Of a DNA stretch of 64,000 nt, positions 39,120 to 48,602 are shown piece after piece. A program made the position numbers and the translations under genes. This stretch comes from a virus. The stretch spans positions 1-64,000 of IMG/VR virus record IMGVR_UViG_3300032116_015796; one strand, given 5' to 3'. The notes below the pieces were generated by a model. That model did not search any database. It saw only the letters and a program-made list of their open reading frames with translations, and was not told where the DNA came from. Position 1 is the first letter of the stretch, and each line of letters begins with the position of its first letter.

Positions 39120-40964
39120 ATGGCAGCGAATTCAATAAATTGTGTAAACTTAGATGAAAAAGATATAGATTTCAATGGTAACATTATAAATTCAGGTGAA
39201 TATTGGGTTGGGATGACTGACCCATTTGACCAATTTTTCACTCAAAGAATATGTGTTGAGACAGTGTCCAATATTGATAGTCCTGGAAGTGGTTTATTTG
39301 CCACACAACAATATACAAGTTGTTATGATTGTGTAAGTAATAATAATGGTTTAATACAATTAAACCCATGTTACCAAACTGTTTTTGAAGTTTTATTTAT
39401 TAATGTAAGTGCTTTAACAGAATCACAATATTTGGAAATTTATTCAATTTCTACAGGAGACACTGGACAAGCTTTATATATAGAATTTTTAAATAACGGT
39501 ACATTACAAAAAGGGTGTTTTAATAAATCTAAAATAGTAACTGTAAGTACCGCAGAATATGTTCAAATTACTGCTCAACTACAATCTATAGGTCAACAAA
39601 TTGTAAATGATTTAAATTATACTGCTCAAACCGACTGTCAAAGTTGTTTAACAGTCTCTTCGTTTATTTATGAAGTTTCCAATTGCGTGACAGTTGACGA
39701 AATTGAGTATGTTTATTTACCTTATGATTTTCCTTCAGGACATTTAATTTCATATACTGATGGAATTAATGAATTTTGTGGTGTTGTTCGCGGTCTGACC
39801 GTTGAAAATGTTGCAACATATACTTTTGTCACTGATTACGGTCCATGTCGTTTTGAATCTTGTTGTGATACTTGTTTAGAAAATGTAAATAAAAAAGTAT
39901 TAATTGAAAATTGTGTAGATGATACAGACCAACAAGTAGTTTGGGCGTCTCTATTATTTGGTTTGGAGTCAACTAATTTTGAGTTAGGTGGGGGTTGTTT
40001 TAAAATTATGGGAGAGACATCAGACCCTATAAGTTTTGTAGGGTACTTAGATTATGAACCTCATAGTAGTTGCGAATCTTGTCTTACTTGTAATGGAGTT
40101 ATATATCAATATGCTTCTTGTGATGACCCAACAACTCCTGCTGGAGTGATTCAAACAAATCAAATATTACCAAATGGTTTTTCTTTTATAAATCCTTTTG
40201 AAGATAAATGTTGTATTATTTTAGGTTTATCAACGGGGTCACCTATTAGACCAGAATCTTTACCAAGTGTACAACCTTGTGTTTGTGATACTGTATTAGA
40301 ATATCAAGTATTTCCTGCAACAGAATGTTTAACAGGAATACCTGTAGGAGTTTTAACGGATATGAACGCCCAAGATGGTGACATAGTAAAAATAATGTAT
40401 GGTGAGGTTGAATTTTTGTGTGTTCAACTTAATAGTACGGGTAGACTTCCTAGAGTGACATACAATTCTGAACGAGATGTTAATGGTGATACAATTATAT
40501 ATAATAACTGTACGGACTGTATAAGTAACAGAGAGATTGGTGTAAGAACTGTAAATTGTGATACTCAAGAATTTAGTATTGTAAATGTTCCATATTCATC
40601 ATATACAGAATTTTTATTTAATCGAGATGATAATTTCATTTTCAATTGTTTTGTTGATGCTGAAGGTTATTGTAGAACCGTAGTTGAACCTTGTCCTCAA
40701 CCACCAACAGGACGTTTATCTATCCCTGTGACAGATTATTTTAGTTGTCCTGTGTGTCGAACGTTTAATCCTGACATACCTCCAACAACAGTATCGGCAG
40801 GAACTGAATATACCGTATGTGTGATATGTGAGGACTGTTGTCAATCAGGAACAACTGCAACTGTAATAAAACCTCCTCATCCAACTTGGTCAAGACTTAA
40901 CGGTGATGCCGTTGTTTTATTAGACGCGGTACAATTAGGAGGAATGTTTGGATTAAATGCTTAA
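39120..40964 (+). CDS. Cys-rich repeat protein (paralogue A)
   Basis: Recurrent Y/F-x-x-C-x-x-C modules; C-terminus shared with the next gene. Confidence 0.75.
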   Translation: MAANSINCVNLDEKDIDFNGNIINSGEYWVGMTDPFDQFFTQRICVETVSNIDSPGSGLFATQQYTSCYDCVSNNNGLIQLNPCYQTVFEVLFINVSALTESQYLEIYSISTGDTGQALYIEFLNNGTLQKGCFNKSKIVTVSTAEYVQITAQLQSIGQQIVNDLNYTAQTDCQSCLTVSSFIYEVSNCVTVDEIEYVYLPYDFPSGHLISYTDGINEFCGVVRGLTVENVATYTFVTDYGPCRFESCCDTCLENVNKKVLIENCVDDTDQQVVWASLLFGLESTNFELGGGCFKIMGETSDPISFVGYLDYEPHSSCESCLTCNGVIYQYASCDDPTTPAGVIQTNQILPNGFSFINPFEDKCCIILGLSTGSPIRPESLPSVQPCVCDTVLEYQVFPATECLTGIPVGVLTDMNAQDGDIVKIMYGEVEFLCVQLNSTGRLPRVTYNSERDVNGDTIIYNNCTDCISNREIGVRTVNCDTQEFSIVNVPYSSYTEFLFNRDDNFIFNCFVDAEGYCRTVVEPCPQPPTGRLSIPVTDYFSCPVCRTFNPDIPPTTVSAGTEYTVCVICEDCCQSGTTATVIKPPHPTWSRLNGDAVVLLDAVQLGGMFGLNA

Positions 40965-40991
40965 GCGAGATATTTATAAATAAAATTTAAA

Positions 40992-43763
40992 ATGGCATTT
41001 CAAAGAGTATATGTAGAACCTTGTGGTAAAGGTTTTGGTTATGATTTATTAATAGATAATTCAGTAACTTCAATTTCGGTAGGTCAAACATATTTTATAT
41101 CAGGTACTACAGGTCAACCTCCAAAACAACAACAAATAGTTGGTTGTTTTTCAGTAAAAAACATTAAAGATGTTCAATCAGGACCTGCGGATTCTTTAAC
41201 ATTTAGCACTCCTTATTTAGGTTGTGAGGAGTGTGAATTAGCCAACGCTAATTTTATCCTATTAAGAACTTGTTTTGATAGTCAATATGGTCAAATAATA
41301 ATTAATATAGGTGATATTACCCCTACACCGTCTATAGATGATGTCTTTTTAATGGAAGTGATTATTTTAGATGATTTTGGAGGGTCAATTAGATTAACTT
41401 CATGTTTTTCAGTATCTGGTTTTTTATCATCAAATTTTGATTTTAATCCCACAGGAGTTTTATCATATTCATCAAGAACTGACTGTCAAGATTGTTTAAA
41501 TAATTCACCAATAATTCATGAGGTTTATGACTGTATAGATTCTAATGAACCATATTATATCGCATTTCCATCAACAGGTTTTCAAGACCATTTAATTACT
41601 TTCACAGATTTATTTGGTATTACACAATATTGTGGAACAGTTAAAGGACAAGTTGGAGATGTTGCAATAACAGGTTTATTAGTGACAGATTTGGGTAAAC
41701 CAGACGAGACAGGAATTAAGTGTGATGATTGTTTGGCAAATGTTGCCGAAAAGAAAAAACTACAAAACTGTATAGATTCTGATGAAATTCAAATTGTTTG
41801 GGCGTCCTCATTATTTCAACCAGATAATTCAACACATTTATCAAACGCTAATGGATGTTATACAGTTCTTCCTGATGTTGTACCACCTGAAGAACCTATA
41901 ACTGTAAATGAACTTGCAAACTTTGACCCTCAAAATAATTGTGAAGATTGTTTGGAATGTTACGGTATAGAATTTGATTTTGTTACTTGTGAAGAAATTG
42001 AAGTATTTGAACCTGTAAATCAAATTAATACAAATGGAGCTGGTTTTAACTTTTTATCCAGAGAAATAACTATTGACTCCTCAAATAAATTATTTGCGGT
42101 TTTTCAAAATTCAGGTAGAATTGCAAAATATAATCTAGGTACTTTGAGTTGGGAAGAAAATTCTGTACCAGTTTTGGTCAACCCTTGGGGTATTGCAATA
42201 AATGAAACCGATGGGATTATTTGTGTTTCAAATTTATCGACTAACCAAGTCACATTTTTTGACTATAATAATATTAATCTTAGTAATTCAATATCAGTTC
42301 CATTGTTTAGTGGTCAAAAAGTTTATTTTGACCCTATTGGTTCTAAATTTTATGTAGTGTTCGCAAATACTGGTGTTCCTAACATCGCTGTTTTTGGAGG
42401 GTCGAGTTACTTAGGGATGTCTTATATTATATTTGGTAGTTCATCCGCACGATATACTGATGTTGTTAGAATTGGTACAGGAATTTATTGTTTAAACTAT
42501 AGTAATCAACAACTAGAGGTTTATGATTTAAGCTATACCTTAATTAACACTTATGGTTTAACAGGAAAACCATTGTCTTTAGATGTAGATTATATTAATA
42601 CTACTATTTACATTGCAACAAATGCTTCAAGGTATATCAAATTTAATTACACCACAATTAGTTTTGTTGACGTAAATTATAGTCCGAATTGTGTGACAGA
42701 TGAACAAAAAATTAAAATTGAACCATCTACTAATCTTTTGTACATCACTGACGTTAATTGTAATCATATCTATATTTTTGATTTGACTACCGACACTTTA
42801 GTAAGGTCTGTAACAAATTTTGATAATCAATACGGTATTAATAGCATTTATGGAATGGCGTTAGATACGTCAAATAATATATGGTTTGGTTCTAATGTTA
42901 GAATATTCCAAACTCAAACATCTAATCAATTTGTTAATGGGTCTTCAAGTACAAATGAACTTTTAACTGTAGGTCAAACTTTCTTCAATCCTGTATTAAG
43001 CGCATGTTGTGAAGTTACAGATACAAACTCAATTACTAACGACTCATTTCTAAATATAACAGAATATCCTAGTATACTTAATTTTAATGACTGTACAGAA
43101 TGTTTAAGTACTCCTGTAGAATCTTTTGTTTGTATAGACTGTATAACAGGTAATGAGGCTATTTTAGTTGCACCAGCAGGTACTTTTATTATTGGAAATT
43201 ATGTCCGTTCTCAATACGGTAACTCAGATTGGTTATGTTTTGAAATTGTTGATAACTACACTGTAGAAAACTACGGTGATTTATTTAAATTAGAATCAAA
43301 TGGTGTTGTGTATTCAAGTTGTGAAGAATGTCAATCAGGAGCGACTATAGGTATTACATTAATCAACACTGAAACATTACAACAAGAACAATACAACATA
43401 ACTTTAGATGTATGGTATCGAATTGTAGGTTTTCCTTTTTCACTACCATTATCTTGTCTTAGTGATAAAAATGGTGTTTGTTATCAGGTGATTAATGCTT
43501 GTCCTATCGATAATGTACATCCTTTATTTGAACCTGGAGATTTCTTCCTAAATCAATCTTTATGTAGATTAAATAGTGAACGATTACCTGTATCAGCGGG
43601 TACTGAATATTTGGTTTGTCAAATATGTGAAGATTGTTGTGGTTCAGGAACAACCGCAACATTAATTGTTCCTCCTCACCCTGTATGGACAAGACCTAAC
43701 GGTCAACAAGTAACATTGTTAGACGCAGTTGCTTTAGGTGGAATGTTCGGATTAAATAATTAA
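40992..43763 (+). CDS. Cys-rich repeat protein (paralogue B) with inserted NHL/YncE-like beta-propeller
   Basis: Collinear with paralogue A; insert with NPWGIAIN, KPLSLDVD, LYITD, IYGMALDTSNNIWFG blades. Confidence 0.75.
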   Translation: MAFQRVYVEPCGKGFGYDLLIDNSVTSISVGQTYFISGTTGQPPKQQQIVGCFSVKNIKDVQSGPADSLTFSTPYLGCEECELANANFILLRTCFDSQYGQIIINIGDITPTPSIDDVFLMEVIILDDFGGSIRLTSCFSVSGFLSSNFDFNPTGVLSYSSRTDCQDCLNNSPIIHEVYDCIDSNEPYYIAFPSTGFQDHLITFTDLFGITQYCGTVKGQVGDVAITGLLVTDLGKPDETGIKCDDCLANVAEKKKLQNCIDSDEIQIVWASSLFQPDNSTHLSNANGCYTVLPDVVPPEEPITVNELANFDPQNNCEDCLECYGIEFDFVTCEEIEVFEPVNQINTNGAGFNFLSREITIDSSNKLFAVFQNSGRIAKYNLGTLSWEENSVPVLVNPWGIAINETDGIICVSNLSTNQVTFFDYNNINLSNSISVPLFSGQKVYFDPIGSKFYVVFANTGVPNIAVFGGSSYLGMSYIIFGSSSARYTDVVRIGTGIYCLNYSNQQLEVYDLSYTLINTYGLTGKPLSLDVDYINTTIYIATNASRYIKFNYTTISFVDVNYSPNCVTDEQKIKIEPSTNLLYITDVNCNHIYIFDLTTDTLVRSVTNFDNQYGINSIYGMALDTSNNIWFGSNVRIFQTQTSNQFVNGSSSTNELLTVGQTFFNPVLSACCEVTDTNSITNDSFLNITEYPSILNFNDCTECLSTPVESFVCIDCITGNEAILVAPAGTFIIGNYVRSQYGNSDWLCFEIVDNYTVENYGDLFKLESNGVVYSSCEECQSGATIGITLINTETLQQEQYNITLDVWYRIVGFPFSLPLSCLSDKNGVCYQVINACPIDNVHPLFEPGDFFLNQSLCRLNSERLPVSAGTEYLVCQICEDCCGSGTTATLIVPPHPVWTRPNGQQVTLLDAVALGGMFGLNN

Positions 43764-43767
43764 TAAT

Positions 43768-44466
43768 ATGAAAAGAAAAATTAGATTAACAGAAACAGAA
43801 CTTAATTCTCTAATCAAAAAAATGGTTAAAGAATCTGACTTTACAGTTGAGCCTGAAATAGGTACTCAACCAAGAGAGAAAGACGTAAAATCTATGTTTG
43901 GTCAAAAATATGGAGCTTACATCCCAATGGATGTTCTTAGATACATGAGAAAGAACCCCGCATTAATCTTCAAAAGATTATATGATATCTATGGTGATAG
44001 TGCATATGATTACTTAGATAAAGCCAAGGGTAATGATGATTTAATGGAGTCTCATGAAGGTATGAGTAATCGATACATGTTCTTTAGTAATTTAGAACAG
44101 ATGGAAAGACAATGTAATCTTTTATTAGACTTAGACCAAGACACGATAGAAGGAATATTAGAAGACGGTCATGATTGGGCACAAGACCATATTGCGGAAG
44201 CAAAAAATAACATGGACCAAGTATTTGATTTTATTATGAATCAAACAAATGGTGGAGATGAATATATGGACGATGAAGAAGAAATGGTAATGATGGAATC
44301 TGAGTTATCTGAAAAAAAGAAAAAAAATGTTCCTACAAATCCATCACTTTGGCAAAGTTGTTTACAATGGGCAAAACAAAGATATAAAGTTTGTCCAAGT
44401 GCTTATTGTAATGGAGCTGCCGCCAAACGATATAAATCAAAAGGTGGTAAATGGAAAAAGAAATAA
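43768..44466 (+). CDS. Hypothetical protein, putative internal head protein
   Basis: N-term KIRLTETELNSLIKKMVKE; C-term PSAY...YKSKGGKW module. Confidence 0.65.
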   Translation: MKRKIRLTETELNSLIKKMVKESDFTVEPEIGTQPREKDVKSMFGQKYGAYIPMDVLRYMRKNPALIFKRLYDIYGDSAYDYLDKAKGNDDLMESHEGMSNRYMFFSNLEQMERQCNLLLDLDQDTIEGILEDGHDWAQDHIAEAKNNMDQVFDFIMNQTNGGDEYMDDEEEMVMMESELSEKKKKNVPTNPSLWQSCLQWAKQRYKVCPSAYCNGAAAKRYKSKGGKWKKK

Positions 44467-44489
44467 GTGGTTTTTATACCACTTTTTTT
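44465..44489 (+). terminator. Rho-independent terminator
   Basis: AAGTGGT-tttat-ACCACTT followed by a T-run. Confidence 0.7.
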
Positions 44490-44635
44490 ATCTTTATAGG
44501 ATTGACAGAAATAAGGGATACACAAAAGATAATGTTGTATTATGTTGTTATTCTGCTAATATAGGACGAAATGAGAATGATGAAGATACTTGGAAAAAAT
44601 TTTTAAGTATTTTACAAATCAGTTTGAATAACTAA
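44489..44635 (+). pseudogene. C-terminal remnant of an HNH-type endonuclease
   Basis: (Y)LYRIDRNKGYTKDNVVLCCYSANIGRN resembles SLDRIDxxKGYxxDNVxxxCxxxN; no start or N-terminus. Confidence 0.6.
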
Positions 44636-44654
44636 ATTAATGTTCCTATATTTG
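44623..44654 (+). promoter_or_regulatory. Bacteroidota housekeeping promoter (-33/-7)
   Basis: TTTG(44623)-N20-TATATTTG(44647), perfect TTTG-N19-21-TAnnTTTG. Confidence 0.75.
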
Positions 44655-44675
44655 TGGTATTGTAAATTTAAAGAT

Positions 44676-45119
44676 ATGTTTAGAGGATTGAAAAGGTTGA
44701 CAAAAAGATTTTATGTGAAATGGAAATTAAAGTCAAGGTATAAGTGGTTACAGGAAGAGAGAAAGAATACTGAGGCAGAATCCGTTTGTCTATCAATTTG
44801 TAGAAGTTTAATTTCCCACCCTACTTCTAAATTTCTGATAGCACCAATCTCGATGAAGAGATATATAAAAAATGAACAATTAGGTTTGTTTATTATATTA
44901 GAAGATAGAAACATCAGCGTAACTAACCACGTTTACCATTATGATGTGAAACTATCGGAAAGAGATTGGGATAGAATTTGTACTATGTACGATTCAAAAA
45001 CTGAAAAAATAAGAGAGGAATATGAATCTGAAATCATGCGTCAGATTCAACACTCTCTAAGAAATATAAAAGATAAGATTGAAAAATTAAATCAAACTTC
45101 TCAAGACATTTCTAACTAA
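44676..45119 (+). CDS. Hypothetical protein (early/host-promoter driven)
   Basis: ORF; start refined to ATG 44676, downstream of the promoter. Confidence 0.7.
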   Translation: MFRGLKRLTKRFYVKWKLKSRYKWLQEERKNTEAESVCLSICRSLISHPTSKFLIAPISMKRYIKNEQLGLFIILEDRNISVTNHVYHYDVKLSERDWDRICTMYDSKTEKIREEYESEIMRQIQHSLRNIKDKIEKLNQTSQDISN

Positions 45120-45812
45120 TCTTTCAACAGATTCGTTTTGTTTTTTTCTTGGTTTGTAACTCACCATTTTAGGTTTGTTACCTGTACCACCTTTAGGATT
45201 TGTTTTTTCCGCTCTTCTTTTTTGAGCACAAGCGGCTTTTTTCTGTGAGTCAGTCATCTTTGATGCAACACCTGCCGCTCTACATTTAGGATATCCTTTA
45301 TCAGTTGCTTCAGGTCTACCACATGGAGGATGTCCTCCGCCTTCTTTTTTTCTACAAATATTAACCCAAGGACCTTTAGGTTGTTTACTACCTTTAGGTT
45401 TCTTTTTTGTACCAAACCAAACCGCCAAATCTTCGTTTAATAAATCGTCAGTAATTTCAATCCATTCACTAACATTTTTTTTGTTATTAACTTTTTGTTT
45501 AACTACCTTAAATTTATCCGCAAATTCGTCTTCACCTTCTTCTCTATTTTGAATTTTAAAATCTTGATTACTTAGTTTTTTAGAAATCTTTTCTTTACCC
45601 CCAATATTTTTATTGTTTTTACTCATTATTCCGTCTAAAGAATCGTAATTATTTTTTGCGTTAACATAATCTGAAATTTGTTGATTAAATGGGTCTAAAC
45701 TATTTTTTAACCATTTTCTAAATCCAGGTCTAAAAGGAGGATTATATGAACCTCTTGCACCTGTTTCACTTGTGGCTTCTTTAAGAACTTTTTTAATGGT
45801 ATCTCTTAACAT
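45087..45812 (-). CDS. Hypothetical basic protein, putative internal head protein
   Basis: N-term IKKVLKEA; LNEDLAVWF...WVNICR...PCGR...YPKCR module. Confidence 0.7.
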   Translation of the reverse strand: MLRDTIKKVLKEATSETGARGSYNPPFRPGFRKWLKNSLDPFNQQISDYVNAKNNYDSLDGIMSKNNKNIGGKEKISKKLSNQDFKIQNREEGEDEFADKFKVVKQKVNNKKNVSEWIEITDDLLNEDLAVWFGTKKKPKGSKQPKGPWVNICRKKEGGGHPPCGRPEATDKGYPKCRAAGVASKMTDSQKKAACAQKRRAEKTNPKGGTGNKPKMVSYKPRKKQNESVERLVRNVLRSLI

Positions 45813-45859
45813 TTCAAATTATTTTCCTTATTATTATAAATATCACATAGAAACAAAAA

Positions 45860-46072
45860 ATGGAAGAAGAACTATTCGGTAAATTATTTAATACAGTTCC
45901 ACTTGTAGATGAAAATCATTTAGATACGATTTTAAGTACAATGGACAAACCACACGCAACTTATATACTCGTACAAGCAGTTAAACACGCATATCACTCA
46001 GGAGTATACTCATTGGGTGAATCCGAAGTAATCTCAAAGTGTATTAGAGTCTTAGGAAAAGAAGAGTCATAA
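45860..46072 (+). CDS. Hypothetical protein
   Basis: 70-aa ORF with A-rich leader, ending at a bidirectional terminator. Confidence 0.65.
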   Translation: MEEELFGKLFNTVPLVDENHLDTILSTMDKPHATYILVQAVKHAYHSGVYSLGESEVISKCIRVLGKEES

Positions 46073-46103
46073 AAAAAGGTCAGTTTTATAACTGACCTTT
46101 TTT
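46071..46103. terminator. Bidirectional terminator
   Basis: AAAAAAGGTCAGTT-ttat-AACTGACCTTTTTT between convergent genes. Confidence 0.85.
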
Positions 46104-46123
46104 ATTGTGATTTAATTTTTTTA

Positions 46124-46462
46124 TTAGAAGTCCGCACCTTCTCCCGCAGTTGTGTCTTTACCATCTTTACCTGTAGTTGGTTGAGTTCCTAAAGATGCTC
46201 CAGTCGGAAGTTGTTCCGCTGGTTTAGTTGGTAACTTACCAACTTCGCCTCCTTGTGTTGCAGTTTTACCTTTTAATGCGTTTTCGATTGCAGCAATTGT
46301 TTTAGAACCTAATTTACCATCAACAGTTAATCCCGCTTTAAAAGTATCATTTAATAATTGTTGTAACTCAGTTGCGGTCGCTTCGTTGATTCTTCCTTTG
46401 GAAGGTGAATACATATTAATGATTCTATTTTTTTCTGATTCTGAAATTGTCATTCTTTTCAT
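46124..46462 (-). CDS. Small protein with peptidoglycan-binding (PG_binding_1-like) motif
   Basis: ELQQLLN...LTVDGKLGSKTIAAI; start refined to ATG 46462 (MKRMTISESEKNRI). Confidence 0.7.
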   Translation of the reverse strand: MKRMTISESEKNRIINMYSPSKGRINEATATELQQLLNDTFKAGLTVDGKLGSKTIAAIENALKGKTATQGGEVGKLPTKPAEQLPTGASLGTQPTTGKDGKDTTAGEGADF

Positions 46463-46484
46463 TGTCGTATATTTTTTTATTTTG

Positions 46485-47387
46485 TTATGCTTCACCTCCA
46501 ACAACGTTTGTAGATGTTGCAGGACCTGTTGGTGTAGATTTAAGTTTATTATAAATCGCGTCAATCGTTGCTTGGTCCATCGTACCTGATTCCGTAACTC
46601 CAACTTGTTTTTGAACTGATTTAATTCTTGGTGCTAATGATGTTCCTGTTCCACCTCCTGATTGCATTTTAGAACCTGGTTTAGGACATTTCCATCCTGA
46701 GTTTTTATATCCCTCAACATCATTACCCCAACCACATTTTTGTGCGTTTGTAGCAACATCACCACCTTTTGTTGATTGGTCAGGATTTGTTTGTTGTTGT
46801 TGAGCTTGTTTAATAATTTGTTGTGTTCTTCTGTATGATTTAATCATAGGTTGATAAACATATTTATTCCATTCAGAATCATCATCAATATCACCATCTA
46901 AATCATTAAATAGTGTATATCCTGGGTGGTTCTCAGCATATCTTTTAACAACCGCACATAAATCAGGAATTGTTTGTAGTGAACCAAAAGCTTTACCGAT
47001 TGCTGCCTCATCAGTTCCTAAACCTTCCATTGCGTTCCATAATTGGTCAACAACTCCGTCAATTGCGGAGTCATCCATTGTTGTTTCACCAACACCTTTA
47101 GCATTACAACCCTGTGTAATTTTTTGTGCCGCGTCTTTTGACCCAGGACCACTAAACGCTTGATAAATAAGGTTAGCTGCTCCACCTATGATAGCTCCAG
47201 GAATAGCACCGACACCCGCGAAAGCCGCTCCACCTGCCGCTCCCGCCGCAGTTGCAGTTCCAACTTTACCCCAATCAATTTCATCCAATTCTTCAGATTC
47301 TTTTAAATATTGTTTTCTTGTTGCATATTCGTGCATTCCAAGAATTCTTTCTCTTTCAGATTCATTTATAGAAAATAAGTTCTTCAT
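46485..47387 (-). CDS. Glycine-zipper + annexin-repeat + PG-binding-like protein
   Basis: GTATAAGAAGGAAFAGVGAIPGAIIGG; QLWNAMEGLGTDEAAI...Y......L.NDLDGD; VQKQVG...SGTMDQATIDAI. Confidence 0.7.
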   Translation of the reverse strand: MKNLFSINESERERILGMHEYATRKQYLKESEELDEIDWGKVGTATAAGAAGGAAFAGVGAIPGAIIGGAANLIYQAFSGPGSKDAAQKITQGCNAKGVGETTMDDSAIDGVVDQLWNAMEGLGTDEAAIGKAFGSLQTIPDLCAVVKRYAENHPGYTLFNDLDGDIDDDSEWNKYVYQPMIKSYRRTQQIIKQAQQQQTNPDQSTKGGDVATNAQKCGWGNDVEGYKNSGWKCPKPGSKMQSGGGTGTSLAPRIKSVQKQVGVTESGTMDQATIDAIYNKLKSTPTGPATSTNVVGGEA

Positions 47388-47501
47388 AACATTTTTGTTT
47401 ATTAATAAATATCGTAATCAATAAAAAAAGTACAAATAAACTTTTCTTAATTTAATTTGTTTGTATATGAATTATATTTATTTATAAAGTTGTTTTGAAA
47501 T

Positions 47502-48602
47502 ATGAAAAAATTAATCTTAATAGTAGTATTAATGATGTTAAGTTTAACGTCATTTTCACAAACATGTACCACATTAGTTGCAAATGATAGAATGGAAACA
47601 TTCGATTGGTTTGGGGATTGGTGGTTATTACAATCAAATTCAGGGTTTTATACAAATGCCTCAACATCTCCAACAACAAGTGCCGCAATATATGGACTAG
47701 GTTCAGGAACTTCTGCAATTGAACAGAATTGGTATGTTTTACCAAATATAACGGGATTAAACCCAACTAGTACATATCAATTTAAATTTAGACTTGCATC
47801 ATATAAATTTTCATCTTCCGCAACTTCAGGAGGCGTTGACGGGGGAACAAGTCCTGATTTAATTGAAGTTCAGATATCAACTGACGGTGAGGTTACGTAC
47901 ACTTCAGAAATAAGAATCAGGGGATTTTCAAACGCATTTTGGGATTACAATACAAATGGTGTAATTAATAAAACCTCAAACGGAGCTCTTACCACATACT
48001 CACCCGTTGCGGGAGGAAATAGAACAACAACAGGTGATGGTTATTCTGTTATAACACTTACAATACCTCCAGGAATTACACAAATAGCCGTTGATGTTTT
48101 GGCAAGAGTAAATGCCGCAGGTGAAGAATGGTGGTTCGATGATTTTGAATTATATGAAATATTTGATTGTACTCCATTACCAATTGAATTAATTAATTTT
48201 GACGGAACAAATAATGTTAGTTATAATAAATTATTTTGGTCAACCGCATCTGAAATAAATAACTCACATTTCACTTTAGAAAGAAGTATTAATGGTCAAG
48301 ATTGGATTACAGTATCAACCATTAATGCCGCAGGTAATTCAAACACAACACTATCATACGAATATAAAGATTATAGTTATGTAAGAACCCATGTAAATTA
48401 TTATAGGTTAAGTCAAACAGATTATGATGGAGTTAAAGAATACTTCAATATAATAGCAATTCAACCTGATGATACAAATAGTAGTTGTGACGAGTTCGAA
48501 TATTTTAGTTTGTCAGGAGTAAAAATTGATATTAATCAAGTACCGACAGGAATTTATTTAAGAAAATGTGATGGTATTGTAGAAAAAATATTTAAACCAT
48601 AA
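47502..48602 (+). CDS. Secreted Bacteroidota-type protein (signal peptide, Ig-like pre-CTD domain, degenerate T9SS C-terminal sorting domain)
   Basis: MKKLILIVVLMMLSLTSFSQ; PLPIELINF...WSTASEINNSHFTLERS.NG...YYRLSQTDYDG; GIYL...KIFK. Confidence 0.75.
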   Translation: MKKLILIVVLMMLSLTSFSQTCTTLVANDRMETFDWFGDWWLLQSNSGFYTNASTSPTTSAAIYGLGSGTSAIEQNWYVLPNITGLNPTSTYQFKFRLASYKFSSSATSGGVDGGTSPDLIEVQISTDGEVTYTSEIRIRGFSNAFWDYNTNGVINKTSNGALTTYSPVAGGNRTTTGDGYSVITLTIPPGITQIAVDVLARVNAAGEEWWFDDFELYEIFDCTPLPIELINFDGTNNVSYNKLFWSTASEINNSHFTLERSINGQDWITVSTINAAGNSNTTLSYEYKDYSYVRTHVNYYRLSQTDYDGVKEYFNIIAIQPDDTNSSCDEFEYFSLSGVKIDINQVPTGIYLRKCDGIVEKIFKP

